From NCBI GenBank assembly GCA_963705255.1, contig OY970061.1, forward strand, positions 896,001-960,000: 64,000 bases of DNA. Direction: 5' to 3'. The position numbers and the translations under genes were made by a program. The notes under the pieces are model-generated. The model searched no databases and was not told the DNA's origin. It worked only from the letters and a program-made list of their open reading frames with translations. Shown piece after piece: positions 45,530 through 58,495 of the stretch. The DNA comes from an uncultured Methanoregulaceae archaeon. GTDB lineage: Archaea > Halobacteriota > Methanomicrobia > Methanomicrobiales > Methanospirillaceae. Within the stretch, counting starts at the first letter, position 1, and every line of letters starts with the position of its first letter.

Positions 45530-46592
45530 ATGCATAGATATACCCTTGGCCTTTTTTCCAACATGTTTCCACCTGAGCCTCCAAGGAGGCAAAGCGGGGT
45601 GATCCTAACCGATACCACCCGGGGAATATTTGTTAAAAGAATGGTGGATGATCTCGTTCAGCACGATGTTATCGTAAAAATGGCCGTAAAAAAAAGCGGG
45701 TCTCTTACAGGTTATGTTCCATTCATCTATCAGTCCTTAATGCTGGTGCACGATAGCGATGTCGATATTATGCAGGCCGAATATATTCCCCACAGTGGTG
45801 TGGTACCAGCATTATTTAAAAGAAAAAACTGCCCACTCGGTACTGAAATTCCATGGGGACGATGCACGGATCTTCCCGTTCAAAAATTCATTTTTCATGT
45901 CAGTGACCCGTGCGATGATCCGTCGATCGGATTATATCCTGACATCCAGCGAAGAGTTACGATCAATCCTTATTTCAATCGGGGCGCACCCTGAAAAAAC
46001 TTCTGCCGTTCATACGGGTGTGGATACGAATTTTTTCCGGCCCGCCCCAAAGGAACCTCTTCGAAAGGATCTCGGTCTGCCTCCGGAGGACCCGGTCTTT
46101 CTCTTTATTGGGAGGCTGCATCCTTGGAAAGGGATCAATGAACTGATCAGCGTTGCGGGTATGTGCAGAGAATTCCGGTTCGTGTTCATTGGACCGGGGG
46201 CCATCCCCCCCCATCCGGAAAACTGCATATTTCTCGGTTCGAAATCCCCAGAAGAGGTCAGGATGTGGTATAATATATCTGACTGTCTTCTCCTTCCCTC
46301 ATATACGGAGGGATTCCCCACGGTCATCATGGAGGCATTCGCTTGTGGTATACCCGCTATTGCGACTTACGTTGGAGGTTGCCCGGAACTTGTGGAGCCA
46401 GAAAAGACGGGGTTGCTTGTTCCTGCTCGTGATGTTCCGGCGCTTCACGGAGCGGTGCAGTGGGTTGGAACGCATGCCGATGAGCGGATTCGGATGGGGA
46501 TTGCGGCAAGGGCCGTAGCAGAGGAGCGGTTCGATCACACCATAATGGTGCAAAAACTTATTGGCATCCACGAGAGTCTCATCCGGAAATGA
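45530..46592 (+). CDS. GT4 family glycosyltransferase (frameshift near 45840)
   Basis: HGDD, GVD, FIGRL..KG, LPSYTEGFP...MEA.ACG.P, VGG.PE. Confidence 0.9.
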
Positions 46593-47160
46593 CAATGTTT
46601 TACGGATGCCGCATGATGTCCTGACCTGAGATCTGATACTGCAGAAAAAAGTGTCGATGTATTGGCGTTCCCCGGACCAGACCACCTGTTCGAATGGCCG
46701 GAGTCGTACCGGAAACGCCGCCCCGGGTAATGGCTCCCGGGTAATTGAGGGGTTCAGGTAATCCACAGGGATCGTCCCCGTGAGAGTACCCCTGAGCATG
46801 TTCCGACAAGAATCGCGCAATCTCTGTGCAATTTCTACAGGGAGACCGGTGGTGATCTCTTCAACAAAATAGGGTCTTCTTATTGAGACTGACAATCCTT
46901 TGGATCTATCCAACTCAATGCAATGTACCTTTGAAAAAACATGGGATCAGGAGGCAATTGTTGCATATTCAGAACAATTTACCTAGAAACGGCTCTGCGA
47001 GAAGATCAATGCAATATACCAGTCTGCAGGACGAACCTCTCGTTTGGTTTACACGAATGCGAGAGGTAATGTGCTGAACAAAACCAAGGAATGCAATAAT
47101 GTGGACAGCAGGGGAGATCCTGGAGAATTCACTACGATAAGAATAAGAAAGTACAAGTAA

Positions 47161-48091
47161 TCAGCGATGGCTATACCAGTCAAGTGTTTTTGCCAGTCCC
47201 TGTTTTATTGAATATTCCGGGGCAAATTTTAATTTCGAACGTGCCCTGCTGACATCGGCAACGGAATGAAGGATGTCCCCTTTCCTCGGAGGAAGATAGT
47301 GCGGATCCAATGTGGAGCCGGTCAAATCGCGGAGCAAACCGACGAGTACGTTGAGAGAAATCTGTTCCCCTCCCGCGATGTTAAAAATTCCTTCAATACT
47401 GCTCTCCATACCCAGAATGTTTGCCCGGACCACGTCATCGATAAAAACAAAGTCCCGGGTTTGTTGTCCATCACCGAAAATGACCGTGGACTCGTTGTTC
47501 AGCATGCGGATGATAAACTTGGGAATTACTGCAGCATATTCGGAATGGGGATCCTGACGGTCACCAAACACATTGAAATAACGCAGGCAGAGGGTGGGCA
47601 GACCATACAGGGACGAAAAAACGCTGCAATAGTATTCACCGGTAATTTTTGTTATTGCATAGGGGGAGAGTGGGGCCGGGGGCATATCCTCTCTTTTGGG
47701 TAACGCAGGGCTGTCCCCGTATACAGCAGCGGATGAGGCAAACACCACTTTTTTTATTCCACTATCCCGAGCGGCAAGAAGGATGTTTAACGTACCAGGT
47801 ACTGTTCACCTCATGCGTGTGTACAGGATCTCTGAGGGATTGTTGTACTGATGTAATTGCAGCCTCATGAAAAACCCCGTCCGCACCGCTGAACGTGTTT
47901 TTCAAAAGAACCGGGTCGGTCACACTCCCGCTCACAAAAGTGACGGCGCCTGAATTGTGGAGCATGAGGATATTCTCTAGTGTGCCACTGGACAGATCGT
48001 CAATAATTACTACTTCATCGCCCCGTTGTGCTAAAAAATCCACGATATGGGAACCGATAAATCCGCAGCCACCGGTTATAACATACTTCAT
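47161..48091 (-). CDS. NAD-dependent NDP-sugar epimerase/dehydratase (frameshift near 47797)
   Basis: TGGCGFIGSH, HEAA, ASSAAVYG, YAITK, RYFNVFG, GDGQQTRDF. Confidence 0.93.
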
Positions 48092-48225
48092 GGAAAATCC
48101 TTCTGTGGATGAAATGAATATAGGATGTATCAGGATAAAAAAACCGGTTGTACCGTGTCCTGATATTTCCATAAAAATAGAGAGATGTCATGAATATAAC
48201 AGAGTAATGCAGTGCAAACACTATT

Positions 48226-49221
48226 TTATAGGATAGCATTGAGGGATTCAAGCGATCCCTTCTCAATATCGGACAACAATGGTCTGATCGCAATGAAGGC
48301 TTGTATAGTTTCCCGGAAATAACTCAGGTTTCTTCTGTATCGGATCGAAAGGATGAAAGAAGCTGCCATAAACTCTGCGACAAAGATGTGATAATACCAT
48401 GATCTGAGATTCGATTTACCGGAAAACAAGGTTTGCGCATAGCGCCGGTACCCGAACCGCATCATGAGGGCGCTATGGGACGGGAGGCGCCCGACAGGGG
48501 AAGTACGGTGCATCAGCCTTGCGTTATACACAAGGGCTAGTTTTTTCCCGCGTTCATACAGCATATGGGAAAAGATCAGATCTTCACCCAGCGCATAGCG
48601 GGTCAGTTGTTCATCAAAGCGCCATCCTTCAGAAAAGATAGTAGTGCGGTATGCCATATTGCACCCGCTTAACCATTGGGCTGGAACACGTGATGCCCCG
48701 CTTTTTAAAAAGAGCGGACCCATCGCTTCAGCAGTACGGGTGACCCGGGGTATAAAAAATGTCGCCGGTACCAGTACCGGATTAACCAATCCGACGAAAG
48801 CCAGAAAAAGTTTTTTTGGATGGAACCGATCACTATATTCATTGGTAATAAGCCCCGAAATACCTGATAGATCTGGATTGTCATTTAAGACTTCGCAGAT
48901 ATTGTGGATATAACCGTTATCAAGGGTCACGTCATCATCAAGAAAGATAACTATTTCCGTCCCATCCCGGAGATTTCTGATGCCGGTGTTCCGGGCGGCG
49001 GGAAGCCCGGAATGAGGTTGCTCCGTGTGGATGTACCGGGTTGTAACGACAGCCGCAATGGGGTGGGTTTCCAGGAGTTCCCGTGTTTCATCATCAGGGC
49101 TGTCGTCCACTACGATCAGAGAGCCGGGGAGACGGGACTGCGCCAAAAGGGAGACAAGTGTAGTCTCCAGATCCCGGGGACGGTTTTTGGTACAGATAAT
49201 TACAGCGCAGGTAGAACACAT
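48226..49221 (-). CDS. GT2 family glycosyltransferase
   Basis: IICTKNR, VVDDS, ARN.G, FLDDD, GCNM, GED. Confidence 0.92.
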   Translation of the reverse strand: MCSTCAVIICTKNRPRDLETTLVSLLAQSRLPGSLIVVDDSPDDETRELLETHPIAAVVTTRYIHTEQPHSGLPAARNTGIRNLRDGTEIVIFLDDDVTLDNGYIHNICEVLNDNPDLSGISGLITNEYSDRFHPKKLFLAFVGLVNPVLVPATFFIPRVTRTAEAMGPLFLKSGASRVPAQWLSGCNMAYRTTIFSEGWRFDEQLTRYALGEDLIFSHMLYERGKKLALVYNARLMHRTSPVGRLPSHSALMMRFGYRRYAQTLFSGKSNLRSWYYHIFVAEFMAASFILSIRYRRNLSYFRETIQAFIAIRPLLSDIEKGSLESLNAIL

Positions 49222-50253
49222 GGGGCATCAGCGTAAGACCGCATAGTGAGGTACTCACCACATATGACGGGTCATGGATGAATATACATTATTCAGATAT
49301 TTATCTAATATTTTGCTGGAAGCACGTACCGGGATTTCAAAAATGACCCGGTTTTTTGTGGATCTGAATAGATTATAAGAGCGGGAATCACAAGGCTTTC
49401 AATTTCCTTTTAAACGCCATCCGGAAGAACCCGTGAGAATACGATGGGATCAATTTCTGAGGATGTTAAGTAATTCCTTGGGTTATAGATCAGATACGCA
49501 GCCATGATTCCGGGATGAAATCGATCGTATTGATAGTAGGATCGTTGAACCAGTGTGCCAGTGCAATGACTATTCTTTGGGGGTTCGTGCACAGCCGCGC
49601 ATCCCACACCAGCGGAATGAGCTGTTTGCAATAATATGGTGCCGGCAAAAGCTCATGAGCCGCATATCCTCGTGATCTTTATCCGATCCGTTGAAATAGG
49701 CAAAGATTGTGGGATGACCGGTCTCTATGTTTTCGCGAACCTAGGGGGATCATCTGAAAAATGGAAAAAATGAGGTTATTATATGCCGGATCGCGTTTTG
49801 GTAATAATCGATAACTGTTCAAGTTTCATGAAATGTGTGCATCTTTTGATTTGATGTGCAATCTCTCCCTCAGTACAACGGAGATTTACGGCTTTAATAG
49901 TTTTTCAGGAGTGTCGATCATATCTATATTCTTTTCATCAAAAAAAGATTTGATCTAAAAATTCTACCAGATGATCGGTTCGATTCTTTTGAAATATTAT
50001 TTGCTCTGCCAGACTCCTTGAAAGTAAGTCATGTTTTTCCGATTTTGAGGTGGTTTAGATCATAACGGAACTGCCTCTTTTACTATGCCTCTTCTGTAAT
50101 AGGGTTTGAGATAACTTGGAAAGGACATCATCCTACCGGATATTCTCTGAATTTCGCCAGGCAAGGATTCGGCAATCACTTCACCTTTTGTGATTTCTAC
50201 CCAAGTCAAATATGCATACTATTATTGCCCTAATGGATAAAAATGTGTAAATC

Positions 50254-51345
50254 ATGATTTCAATTATTCTCGGGACCCGCCCTGAAATTATAAAAATGTC
50301 CCCGATAATCCGTGCCTGCCAGCAGGAAAAAGCCCCTTTTTTCATCCTTCATAGTGGTCAGCACTATAGTTACGAAATGGACCGTGCATTTTTTAAGGAT
50401 CTGCACTTGCCCGAGCCAACCTATAACCTTGATGTCGGATCTGGAAGCCATGCGGTTCAGACGGCCCGGATCATGACAGGAATCGAAGATGTGCTGCACA
50501 AAGAAAATCCTGACATTGTGCTGGTTCAGGGAGATACAAATACGGTCCTGGGGGGATCCCTTGCAGCATCAAAAATTCACACCCCAGTTGGGCATGTAGA
50601 AGCAGGCTTGCGGAGTTTTGACCGAAGAATGCCGGAAGAAATTAACCGCATTGTATCTGATCATATTGCCGATATACTGTTTGCACCGACAAGACAGGCT
50701 TATAATAACCTGATTCATGAGGGAATTCATGAGAATTCCATTTTTATTACCGGTAATACGATTGTTGATGCAGTCCGGCAGAATCTAGTGATTGCAGAAA
50801 GCGCCACGGATATTTTAAGACAGTTTGATCTCAGGAAAAACCAATATCTGCTCGTCACACTTCACCGGACCGAAAATGTGGACAATCGCACGAACCTTGA
50901 AGAGATCATCCACGGACTTATCCTGCTCGAGAAACATTTATGTATGCCTGTAGTCTTTCCCGTCCATCCGCGAACCCGCAAGATGCTTGAGTCCTTCGGT
51001 ATTAGTACCGGAAATATCCATTTGATCAATCCGTTGGGATTTATGGAGTTTCTCCAGCTGGAAGCGCATGCCCGGATTGTGCTCACAGATTCCGGGGGAG
51101 TTCAGGAAGAGACCTGCATACTCGGGGTGCCGTGCGTCACCATTCGTAAAAATACCGAACGGCCGGAAACAATCGATGTTGGATCTAATATGCTCTCTGG
51201 GATCTCATCGGAAAAAATTGTTGAATCTGCTAAAAAAATGGAGTCCGTTCATCGGGACTGGAAAAATCCATTCGGAGATGGAATGACGGGAAAACGTATT
51301 ATAGATCTTATTCTAGAACGGTATGAAAACGTCACAACTGCATGA
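50254..51345 (+). CDS. wecB: UDP-N-acetylglucosamine 2-epimerase (non-hydrolysing)
   Basis: GTRPEIIK, GQHY, QGDT, HVEAGLRS, PEEINR, TDSGGVQEE, TERPE. Confidence 0.96.
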   Translation: MISIILGTRPEIIKMSPIIRACQQEKAPFFILHSGQHYSYEMDRAFFKDLHLPEPTYNLDVGSGSHAVQTARIMTGIEDVLHKENPDIVLVQGDTNTVLGGSLAASKIHTPVGHVEAGLRSFDRRMPEEINRIVSDHIADILFAPTRQAYNNLIHEGIHENSIFITGNTIVDAVRQNLVIAESATDILRQFDLRKNQYLLVTLHRTENVDNRTNLEEIIHGLILLEKHLCMPVVFPVHPRTRKMLESFGISTGNIHLINPLGFMEFLQLEAHARIVLTDSGGVQEETCILGVPCVTIRKNTERPETIDVGSNMLSGISSEKIVESAKKMESVHRDWKNPFGDGMTGKRIIDLILERYENVTTA

Positions 51346-51399
51346 TAGGCGCAAAATTTTTTCCTGTATACTATTTCAGGTTCTTATCACAATAAGTTG

Positions 51400-53086
51400 T
51401 CACGATTCCCGGTGATATCCCTCGATCAGCTGCTGAATATAATGTAATTCCTGTTCATACCAGGAAGCAGATAGTGTGGGAGAGAACCACGATTCTTTGA
51501 ACAGTTTGCTAGCCGCAATAAGATCATGCACGAGCTGATCATCGAACTGCTCATGCATTCGGTTGACCCAATAATTATAATCGTATCCTGCATCCGAGAC
51601 TTCCCGTCGTTCAGTTGACAATGCCCGCGTGCTCAGGGCAAAATGAAAGATCAGCCCGGATATGTTCTGGCCAAACGTGCCATCATTCGGAGTGACCCCG
51701 ATATCAGCTCGTCAGAGGAATGTTAAACTTTGGACCGAACGCATTGATATCAATGAAGTGATTAGCAGCTACTCCATTATCTTCACATCCCGGAAAATAC
51801 GGATATCTCTTGTTAAGAAATGATAATCTAAGAAAATCTTTCCCTTTACGATAAATTTTATTTAAAATGCTACTTCGATTAGGACAATCCCGGGTAAATC
51901 CGATTGATTCAGATACCACTTTAGCGAGTGTACTGTTCATGACACGGTAAAGATTGTTGGTACAACTGAACCATTGATTATCATATAATCCACCATATGT
52001 GACATACCCTTCATAAGGTTGCCACCAGTTCTGACTACGTATCCTGTGGATATAACAACTTGACAATCCTGTATCCAGACCGACAGAACTGCAATTATAT
52101 TTTTCCTGTAGCCATATGGGAAAGGAAAACCAGTCCGGGGAAATTGGTATAATATCCGCATCGATCATGGCGACGTATTGTTCCTGGATAATACCGACCC
52201 CATGGTCCAGCAGATATCCAACGTCAGCATCATCCTTTTTTGATTTCCTGTATACTTGGTGGAACTGGATTGAAGAATCATTTCTGAAATAATCCTGTGC
52301 TTTCTCGTAACTCCCGTCATCACTGGAATCATCGATGACATAGGTAGTCTCGGTTAAGGTGGGGTTTTTGTTTTTTTGGATATTCTCAATACATATTTTT
52401 AAGAAAGGCCAACTGTTCCAGTGAGGGATAATGATCCCGACTGACTTGGGGGAATCCCGGGAGTCGATAGTAAAACCGAGGACACGAATATGATCATATT
52501 CGGGTCGTTTTTTTTGATGATATTGTTTCAGTACTTTATGGGAGGAATGCAACGCGTCTGTGGGGAGGAGGGGAGTTTTAATATTTAAAAACTTTTCAAG
52601 TTTCCGTAATTTTACAAGAGGTAAACCAAGTTTGTCGCTAATATCTAGCGTAACCAGTACCCGGTATTTTGCTATCCGTATCATCTCTTTGAGCACTTCG
52701 AACGTGTGAGGCATTTCCTCTATCGCCGAGATGCTGAATACATAATCAAAAGTATTGTTTTCAACAGGTATATTTGCGGCATCTGCAATAATCAGCCGAT
52801 CTTCTGGCCATTTTCCCAGATGGAGGGGGTGATTGAGATTATTTAAATCACGATTGTCAACCGAGTGGGAATTCGGAAAATTTTTGAAGAGAATGTCCGG
52901 ATAGGTTCCGCCAATATCCAAACTTCGCTCTCTTGAAGGAATTTTACTGCATAAATAAGGGTATTCCCAAATACGCTGCCAGAAACCTTGAGGCAATGGA
53001 TTTTCTTTATTCCATTTTTTCCAGAATGGCAAATCTAAATCACGCAAATTTGCCCAGCGAATGTCTGTTACGACCCAGTCTTTCAT
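51400..53086 (-). CDS. SAM-methyltransferase-like / GT2 glycosyltransferase fusion (frameshift near 51705)
   Basis: N-terminus WEYP, LDIGG, FD.VFSISAIEE; then IIIPHWN, IDDSSDDGS, IDAD. Removing one base extends the frame through ORF 51400..51621. Confidence 0.8.
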
Positions 53087-53587
53087 TTACTTTTCCTAAT
53101 CAAATATTCACAGAAGGGAATAATAAGGTTCGCTTTTTAATAGGTGGGGGTCTGGATCATTGCTAATGCGCACCAAATATGCAATGTTTCTCGATCTGAG
53201 TTCTCTTATAATAAAATTGAAAAACTCGTTCCCAAATGAGAAATAGTGAATGATCTGTGTTTGTTTGTCGCTTGTTAATTTCATACAAATTCTGTAGGGA
53301 ATGAAATCTTACTTGCATTCAGAACTGCATTCTTTCACAACATATTTTGAATAACTTTTTTAAATTGCATTGACAATATGCAATTTTTACCACATTTGGC
53401 TCTATAAACCACTCCTGGATCCACCGGCTATAACGATAACATGACTAAAGAATATATCCAAATCGTTGCTCGATTTTTGGTATTGGTGATTACCGCAATT
53501 TTAAAGGCGCCAATGCATTTTCTTGATTTACACAAATATCATTCGATTTCTCGCTTGTTACTTAAAAATCGCTATATCCCCTTAAAT

Positions 53588-54465
53588 TTATAATTGAAGC
53601 CATGATTCCGGGATTAGATCCTGTGTATTGATATCCATTCGGTTGAACCATTTTTTTGGGGCGATAACAATTTTCTGGGGATTTGTGGAAAGCCATGCAC
53701 CCCACCAGCTGAACGAACTGTTTCCAATGATATGGTGCTGACACAGGCTCATCAGTCGCATATCTTCATAATCTTGATCGGGCCCGTTTAAATCAACAAT
53801 TGTCGTGGGATGGCCGGTATCCGCATTTTCTCGAACCCAATCCGGATCATCGGAGAATATAAAAAAATGAGGATTTTTTACATTTTCTTCGATAATACGT
53901 ATAGCCCTGTGGTAATACTCAAGTGAGCAGGTCCCATGATAGGCATTGGTCGTGGAATTCGACACATAATCCCCCCGGCGGAAATGGAGGTTCACGGATA
54001 CACAGGATCTGATCTGATCTGCCATTTTCTCAGTGGGGTTGTCGGGTTCTGTCAAAGGAGTAAATTCAGACCGAATGAGATGTTCAATATTCTTGAAATA
54101 TTTTTCGCTCTGCCAGTAGCCTTCAAGATAAACATCGTTTTTGCATTTCAGGATATTGGGATCATAGAAGAAATGAGGTTCCCGGTAAATGTTTCTCCGA
54201 TAATAGGGCACGGAGTACACGGCCAGATTCTCTAGGGTACGGATACCCCGGTTCGGCCATGAAATCTGACACACTCAATTTCAGGAACAGATGCAATATC
54301 TGCATGGATGGCGTAGTGACCAAGACTGTAATGCCGCAGGGAATCGTCATTAAATCCAGTGAGATCCAGTTTCAACGGGACATTATGCATGCAGGACAGG
54401 CGCCGGCCGAGGGCATACTGGAACATCTGATTGCCAAGGCCACCGACAAGACGTGTAATGATCAT
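53588..54465 (-). CDS. GT11 alpha-1,2-fucosyltransferase (frameshift near 54260)
   Basis: GGLGNQMFQYA, GYWQSEKYF, HFRRGDY, FSDD, NSSFSWWGAWL. Confidence 0.93.
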
Positions 54466-55643
54466 GGGGCACCTGCTCCCAAAATATCTAAGTATACTAT
54501 CTCATATGATTGCGCAATCTGTTCCCAGCTGAATTTCTCTGTCCATGCCCGATGCCCTACTTCCCTCATACGGGCACGCTGTTCGTTATTCGTATAAATT
54601 GCTTCCAGAACCTCGACGGATCCTGCGATATCAGCTCGTGAGTGGCCATGGGACTCTTTTATAGTCGGAAGCAATTCCCCGGCATGGGACCATCCAATTA
54701 TCTCGCGGGCATTTCCTACATCTGTTGTGAGAAACGGGGTCTTTGATGCCATACATTCAAACAGCACAATCGGGGAGCATTCAATCTGCGACGGGAACAA
54801 AAACAGGTCTGCGGTCTTGTACAGTGAGACGGTCTGCTTCCGGGGGAGAGATCGAACCAAGAGCTGCCGCCCCCTGATCCGGTTCAACGGGTTGAGCTGG
54901 AAGAGCAGTTCCTTGAGTTTACAGGACCAGTAGCATGAGCGGGAGAAGACATTCCCCACGATAATAAAAGTCACATGGTTCAGTTTTGCCCTGCTGAATA
55001 TCCTGATCGCTTCGGCATGCCCTTTGAGACCCGTATGCGATCCCACATGCAAGATAAGGAACTGATCCTCCTGGATGTCAAGCACTTTGCGGATATCTGT
55101 TTCATCCGGCAAGAGAAATTCCTCTGCTGATGCGCCGTTGGGGATAATCGTAAAATTTTTGATCCCGGCCATACGTGCAAATTCACAATCCTGGTAGTAT
55201 TGCGAAAGAAAAATGTTCATGTCATACTGTTTCATCCATTCTTTCATCTTTTCAAAATAATCAGAATATTTTGGGAGATGTAATGCTGAAAAACCGGTCG
55301 GGACAAATACTTTTTTTGCCTTTATCTCTTTGAGTAAAGGCAGCATCAGATCCGTCGCCCATTGCTGTGCTGCAAAATTAGTAATGATGTCAAAATCTGA
55401 ATTCAGTAAGAAATTCTGGTAGGATTTAATATCTCCATATATGCCATCTACATAATTGCCGGAAATATCGAATTCTTTTATATTCACTCCATTCAGGATA
55501 TCGTTTTTTCGAGCAGGATGTTTTGACGTTGCAACAGTAACTGAATATCCTCTCTTCGCCAGATGCTCAGAAATCTGCTTCACTACTTCCTGCATTCCAC
55601 CCGCAGATGGTTCATAAGATTCAACGGTATGAAGGATTTTCAT
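54462..55643 (-). CDS. GT4 family glycosyltransferase
   Basis: MKILH..Y.P..GG, IPNG, KG, FPSQIECSP.VLFE; ATGA overlap with the GT11 gene. Confidence 0.9.
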   Translation of the reverse strand: MKILHTVESYEPSAGGMQEVVKQISEHLAKRGYSVTVATSKHPARKNDILNGVNIKEFDISGNYVDGIYGDIKSYQNFLLNSDFDIITNFAAQQWATDLMLPLLKEIKAKKVFVPTGFSALHLPKYSDYFEKMKEWMKQYDMNIFLSQYYQDCEFARMAGIKNFTIIPNGASAEEFLLPDETDIRKVLDIQEDQFLILHVGSHTGLKGHAEAIRIFSRAKLNHVTFIIVGNVFSRSCYWSCKLKELLFQLNPLNRIRGRQLLVRSLPRKQTVSLYKTADLFLFPSQIECSPIVLFECMASKTPFLTTDVGNAREIIGWSHAGELLPTIKESHGHSRADIAGSVEVLEAIYTNNEQRARMREVGHRAWTEKFSWEQIAQSYEIVYLDILGAGAP

Positions 55644-55694
55644 GTTCTATTCAAGTAAATTATTCTCATTACTTATTGTATGTTTTTTTATCCA

Positions 55695-56691
55695 TCAATA
55701 TTCTCCCCGAAAATATCGCAGGTTATTAAACCAGAATCTACAAGTATTCAAAAATGATGGATATAATCTTTTTGACCATGTTGCATGACAAAACGCAGAA
55801 TGATAATTTTTCTGGTGCAAAAGAACTTTACTCTGCTCATTTGCGCCTATTGCAAATGTTCTCATAAAGCGCCGGTGATATAATTTCTGAAGATTTACCG
55901 GCAGATATTTCTTATAGTTATTAATTATGTAACTAATATCCTGGTATTTTTTATCGATTCAGCTCGTTAGAATTGTTCTGGATATTTGATCCGGAACCGG
56001 AATGGACGCGATACGCCAAAAGAGGCCGACGGACATAACCAAGGGCACATTCCAAAGATATTCGGAGCCAGATATCCCAGTCGACGGTATGTATCAAATT
56101 TGGATCGAAACCACCAATTTTTTCATAGGTCTGCCGGGAAACTACTGCTGATGTCGAGTAAATAAAATTATCCAACAGCAACAATTTGAAGGCATCCGGA
56201 AGAACATCCTCCGGAAAACATGGTATAGCGGGTGAATATGATCGCAGTTTTTTATCATTTTCATCGATTATGATTGCTTGGGAAAAGATAAGTTTTACTT
56301 CCGGATGCATTGAAATAAATTTTTGATATTCCTGATAAAAACCTGGCAGGACCATATCATCATCATGAAGGATGTGCACCCAAGTTCCCTGCGCTTTTCT
56401 GATACATGTCGACCAGTTTTCCTGAAAATCAACGTGAACAGGTTGCCTATAATATGAAACACGACCCCCGCCAATTTCTTTGACCAGTTCTGCAACATTT
56501 AATTCCGGAGATGAAAAATTGTCAATTACTTCAATTTGCATGAATTCCGGACCGGGATCCTGCTTGAGAACACTTTTAATTGTTTTACGGAGGTATGTTA
56601 CGCGATTGTACGTGGGAATCATTACACTCCAAAAGGGCCTGTGGTTTTTTTCAGATAATGGATCAATTTTTGGATAGTCAATTATATTCAT
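55695..56691 (-). CDS. GT2 family glycosyltransferase (probable frameshift near 55955)
   Basis: SVMIPTYNR, LHDDD, GGFD, DWD.WLR, YRVH; the alternative frame stays open to 55695. Confidence 0.88.
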
Positions 56692-57031
56692 TAAGTCACC
56701 AGACCTTCAAAATCATACCCAGGTCATCTTGAATTACTGTTTTAATGTACACGATTCTTTGGTTATTAATGCCCGTATATCCCCAATCCAGAAAAGGGTT
56801 TTTAACGAGATTGGTATTAGTCAAGAGTCGTATTTTTTTCCGCAAGCGCGGGCTGTTTTATGAGAACAAAAAAAATAGCTGCCCCAACCTCCGGCAAGGA
56901 TTACAACTTGCGTAGCATATCACCGTTACGGTTTGAGAATTTTTGACAAGAATGATATAAGTTAGATATATTGTTCCGGCGAGGCATTTAATTTAAAGAG
57001 TGCCCGTAATATGTAGCTTATTCGGCCTCTT

Positions 57032-58495
57032 TTAAAAAGTCATTATTTTTTTTAACATATTCTTAACTTCCCAATTAATATCTGAATCCAGTATCAATAA
57101 AACTGCAAAATAAACAAGGGCCCCGATAAGAATAATGGCGAATAAACTTATGAAACTTAAGATACGGAAAGAGTAAACATACGCCATTACAACAATTGCC
57201 ATGATTGCAGAAGATGCTATGATATGATACACTGCTTTTAATTCCAGTTTGAACTTGACAACTGGACGGAGAACGATCTGTGCCAGAACTGCATTAATTG
57301 ACATTGATAACAGTGTTGCCGCAGCAGCCCCGGCAATCCCGAATACCGGAATCAATGCAATATTGAAAATAATATTCAGGAGCGCTGAAACCGCTGTCAC
57401 CATAAACGATTCCCGTGGTTTATTTATCGCGTTGAGGCACATTGTGTAAAGGAACATAAAAATATTGGCAACCTGAACAAAGAGTAGGATAATCAGGACA
57501 GTTGCGCCAGATTCAAATGATGCACCATAAAGGTAATACATCAGTTTATCGGAGAGGATTATGCCACCTACCGTTATAGGGATAATAAGGACGAGGCAAT
57601 AGGTAACAGATTTTGATAATGATAATTCAATGAGGGATATGTTGTTCTCTGCATGCCATTTACTGATCCTCGGATAGAGTACCGTATGAAATGTGGTGAC
57701 AACAAGCGCTGACACCGAAGCAAGCTGGAATGCAACCCGATAAATCCCAACATCACTATCCGTCATAAAATAACCGATAATAATAGTATCGGCATAGGAG
57801 AAAATGAGGGAACCACCTGATGAAAGGAACGTCCATATGGAGAACGAGAATAACCTTTGAAGATGAGATCTATTAAAACGAGAGAACGATAGACGAAGAA
57901 ATTTGAAATTTATCACCGTCGCTACAACCATCCCCGCTATAAAACCCGCCGCAAGTCCGCCAACCCCCCAGCCAACAAAGACTGCCAGTATCTGGACAAT
58001 AATTTTTAACGTGGTATTTATGAAACTGCTTACCTGTAATACCCCAACTTGAGCGGTGGCATAAACTTCGGTTGCAACAACACTGTATATTGTCCCAAGG
58101 ACCAGTGCCGCAATTAACCAGTAAAACAATTCATTATTTTGAACACCGGTTAAAAATGGATATATTATTATAAATGTCACGATAGAAATGCACAGTAAGA
58201 TAACTCTTAATACAACATATGCGGTGAAAAACTGACTTTGCTCCTTACCCTCGCTGATTCGTTTTACAGCAGCTCCTCCAAAACCCCCGTCACCGATCAA
58301 ATCAAAAATTCCATAGTATGCAAGAAATAAAAAAAAAGCCCCAAGGGGTGCAGGGCCTAAGTAATGTGCAAAATAAATTGTGGCTATATACCCAATTAAC
58401 GTTACACCCCCTAATGATCCAAGGGTAAGAACAGATTGCCTTTGTACTGGATTAATATTCATAATACAGGAGACAATTTTAGAAAATAAAGACAC
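57032..58495 (-). CDS. Oligosaccharide flippase (Wzx/MOP family)
   Basis: About 14 TM segments; D..IIG......VGIY..A, LIP.FG..GAA.AT. Start could be 58462. Confidence 0.9.
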   Translation of the reverse strand: MSLFSKIVSCIMNINPVQRQSVLTLGSLGGVTLIGYIATIYFAHYLGPAPLGAFFLFLAYYGIFDLIGDGGFGGAAVKRISEGKEQSQFFTAYVVLRVILLCISIVTFIIIYPFLTGVQNNELFYWLIAALVLGTIYSVVATEVYATAQVGVLQVSSFINTTLKIIVQILAVFVGWGVGGLAAGFIAGMVVATVINFKFLRLSFSRFNRSHLQRLFSFSIWTFLSSGGSLIFSYADTIIIGYFMTDSDVGIYRVAFQLASVSALVVTTFHTVLYPRISKWHAENNISLIELSLSKSVTYCLVLIIPITVGGIILSDKLMYYLYGASFESGATVLIILLFVQVANIFMFLYTMCLNAINKPRESFMVTAVSALLNIIFNIALIPVFGIAGAAAATLLSMSINAVLAQIVLRPVVKFKLELKAVYHIIASSAIMAIVVMAYVYSFRILSFISLFAIILIGALVYFAVLLILDSDINWEVKNMLKKIMTF

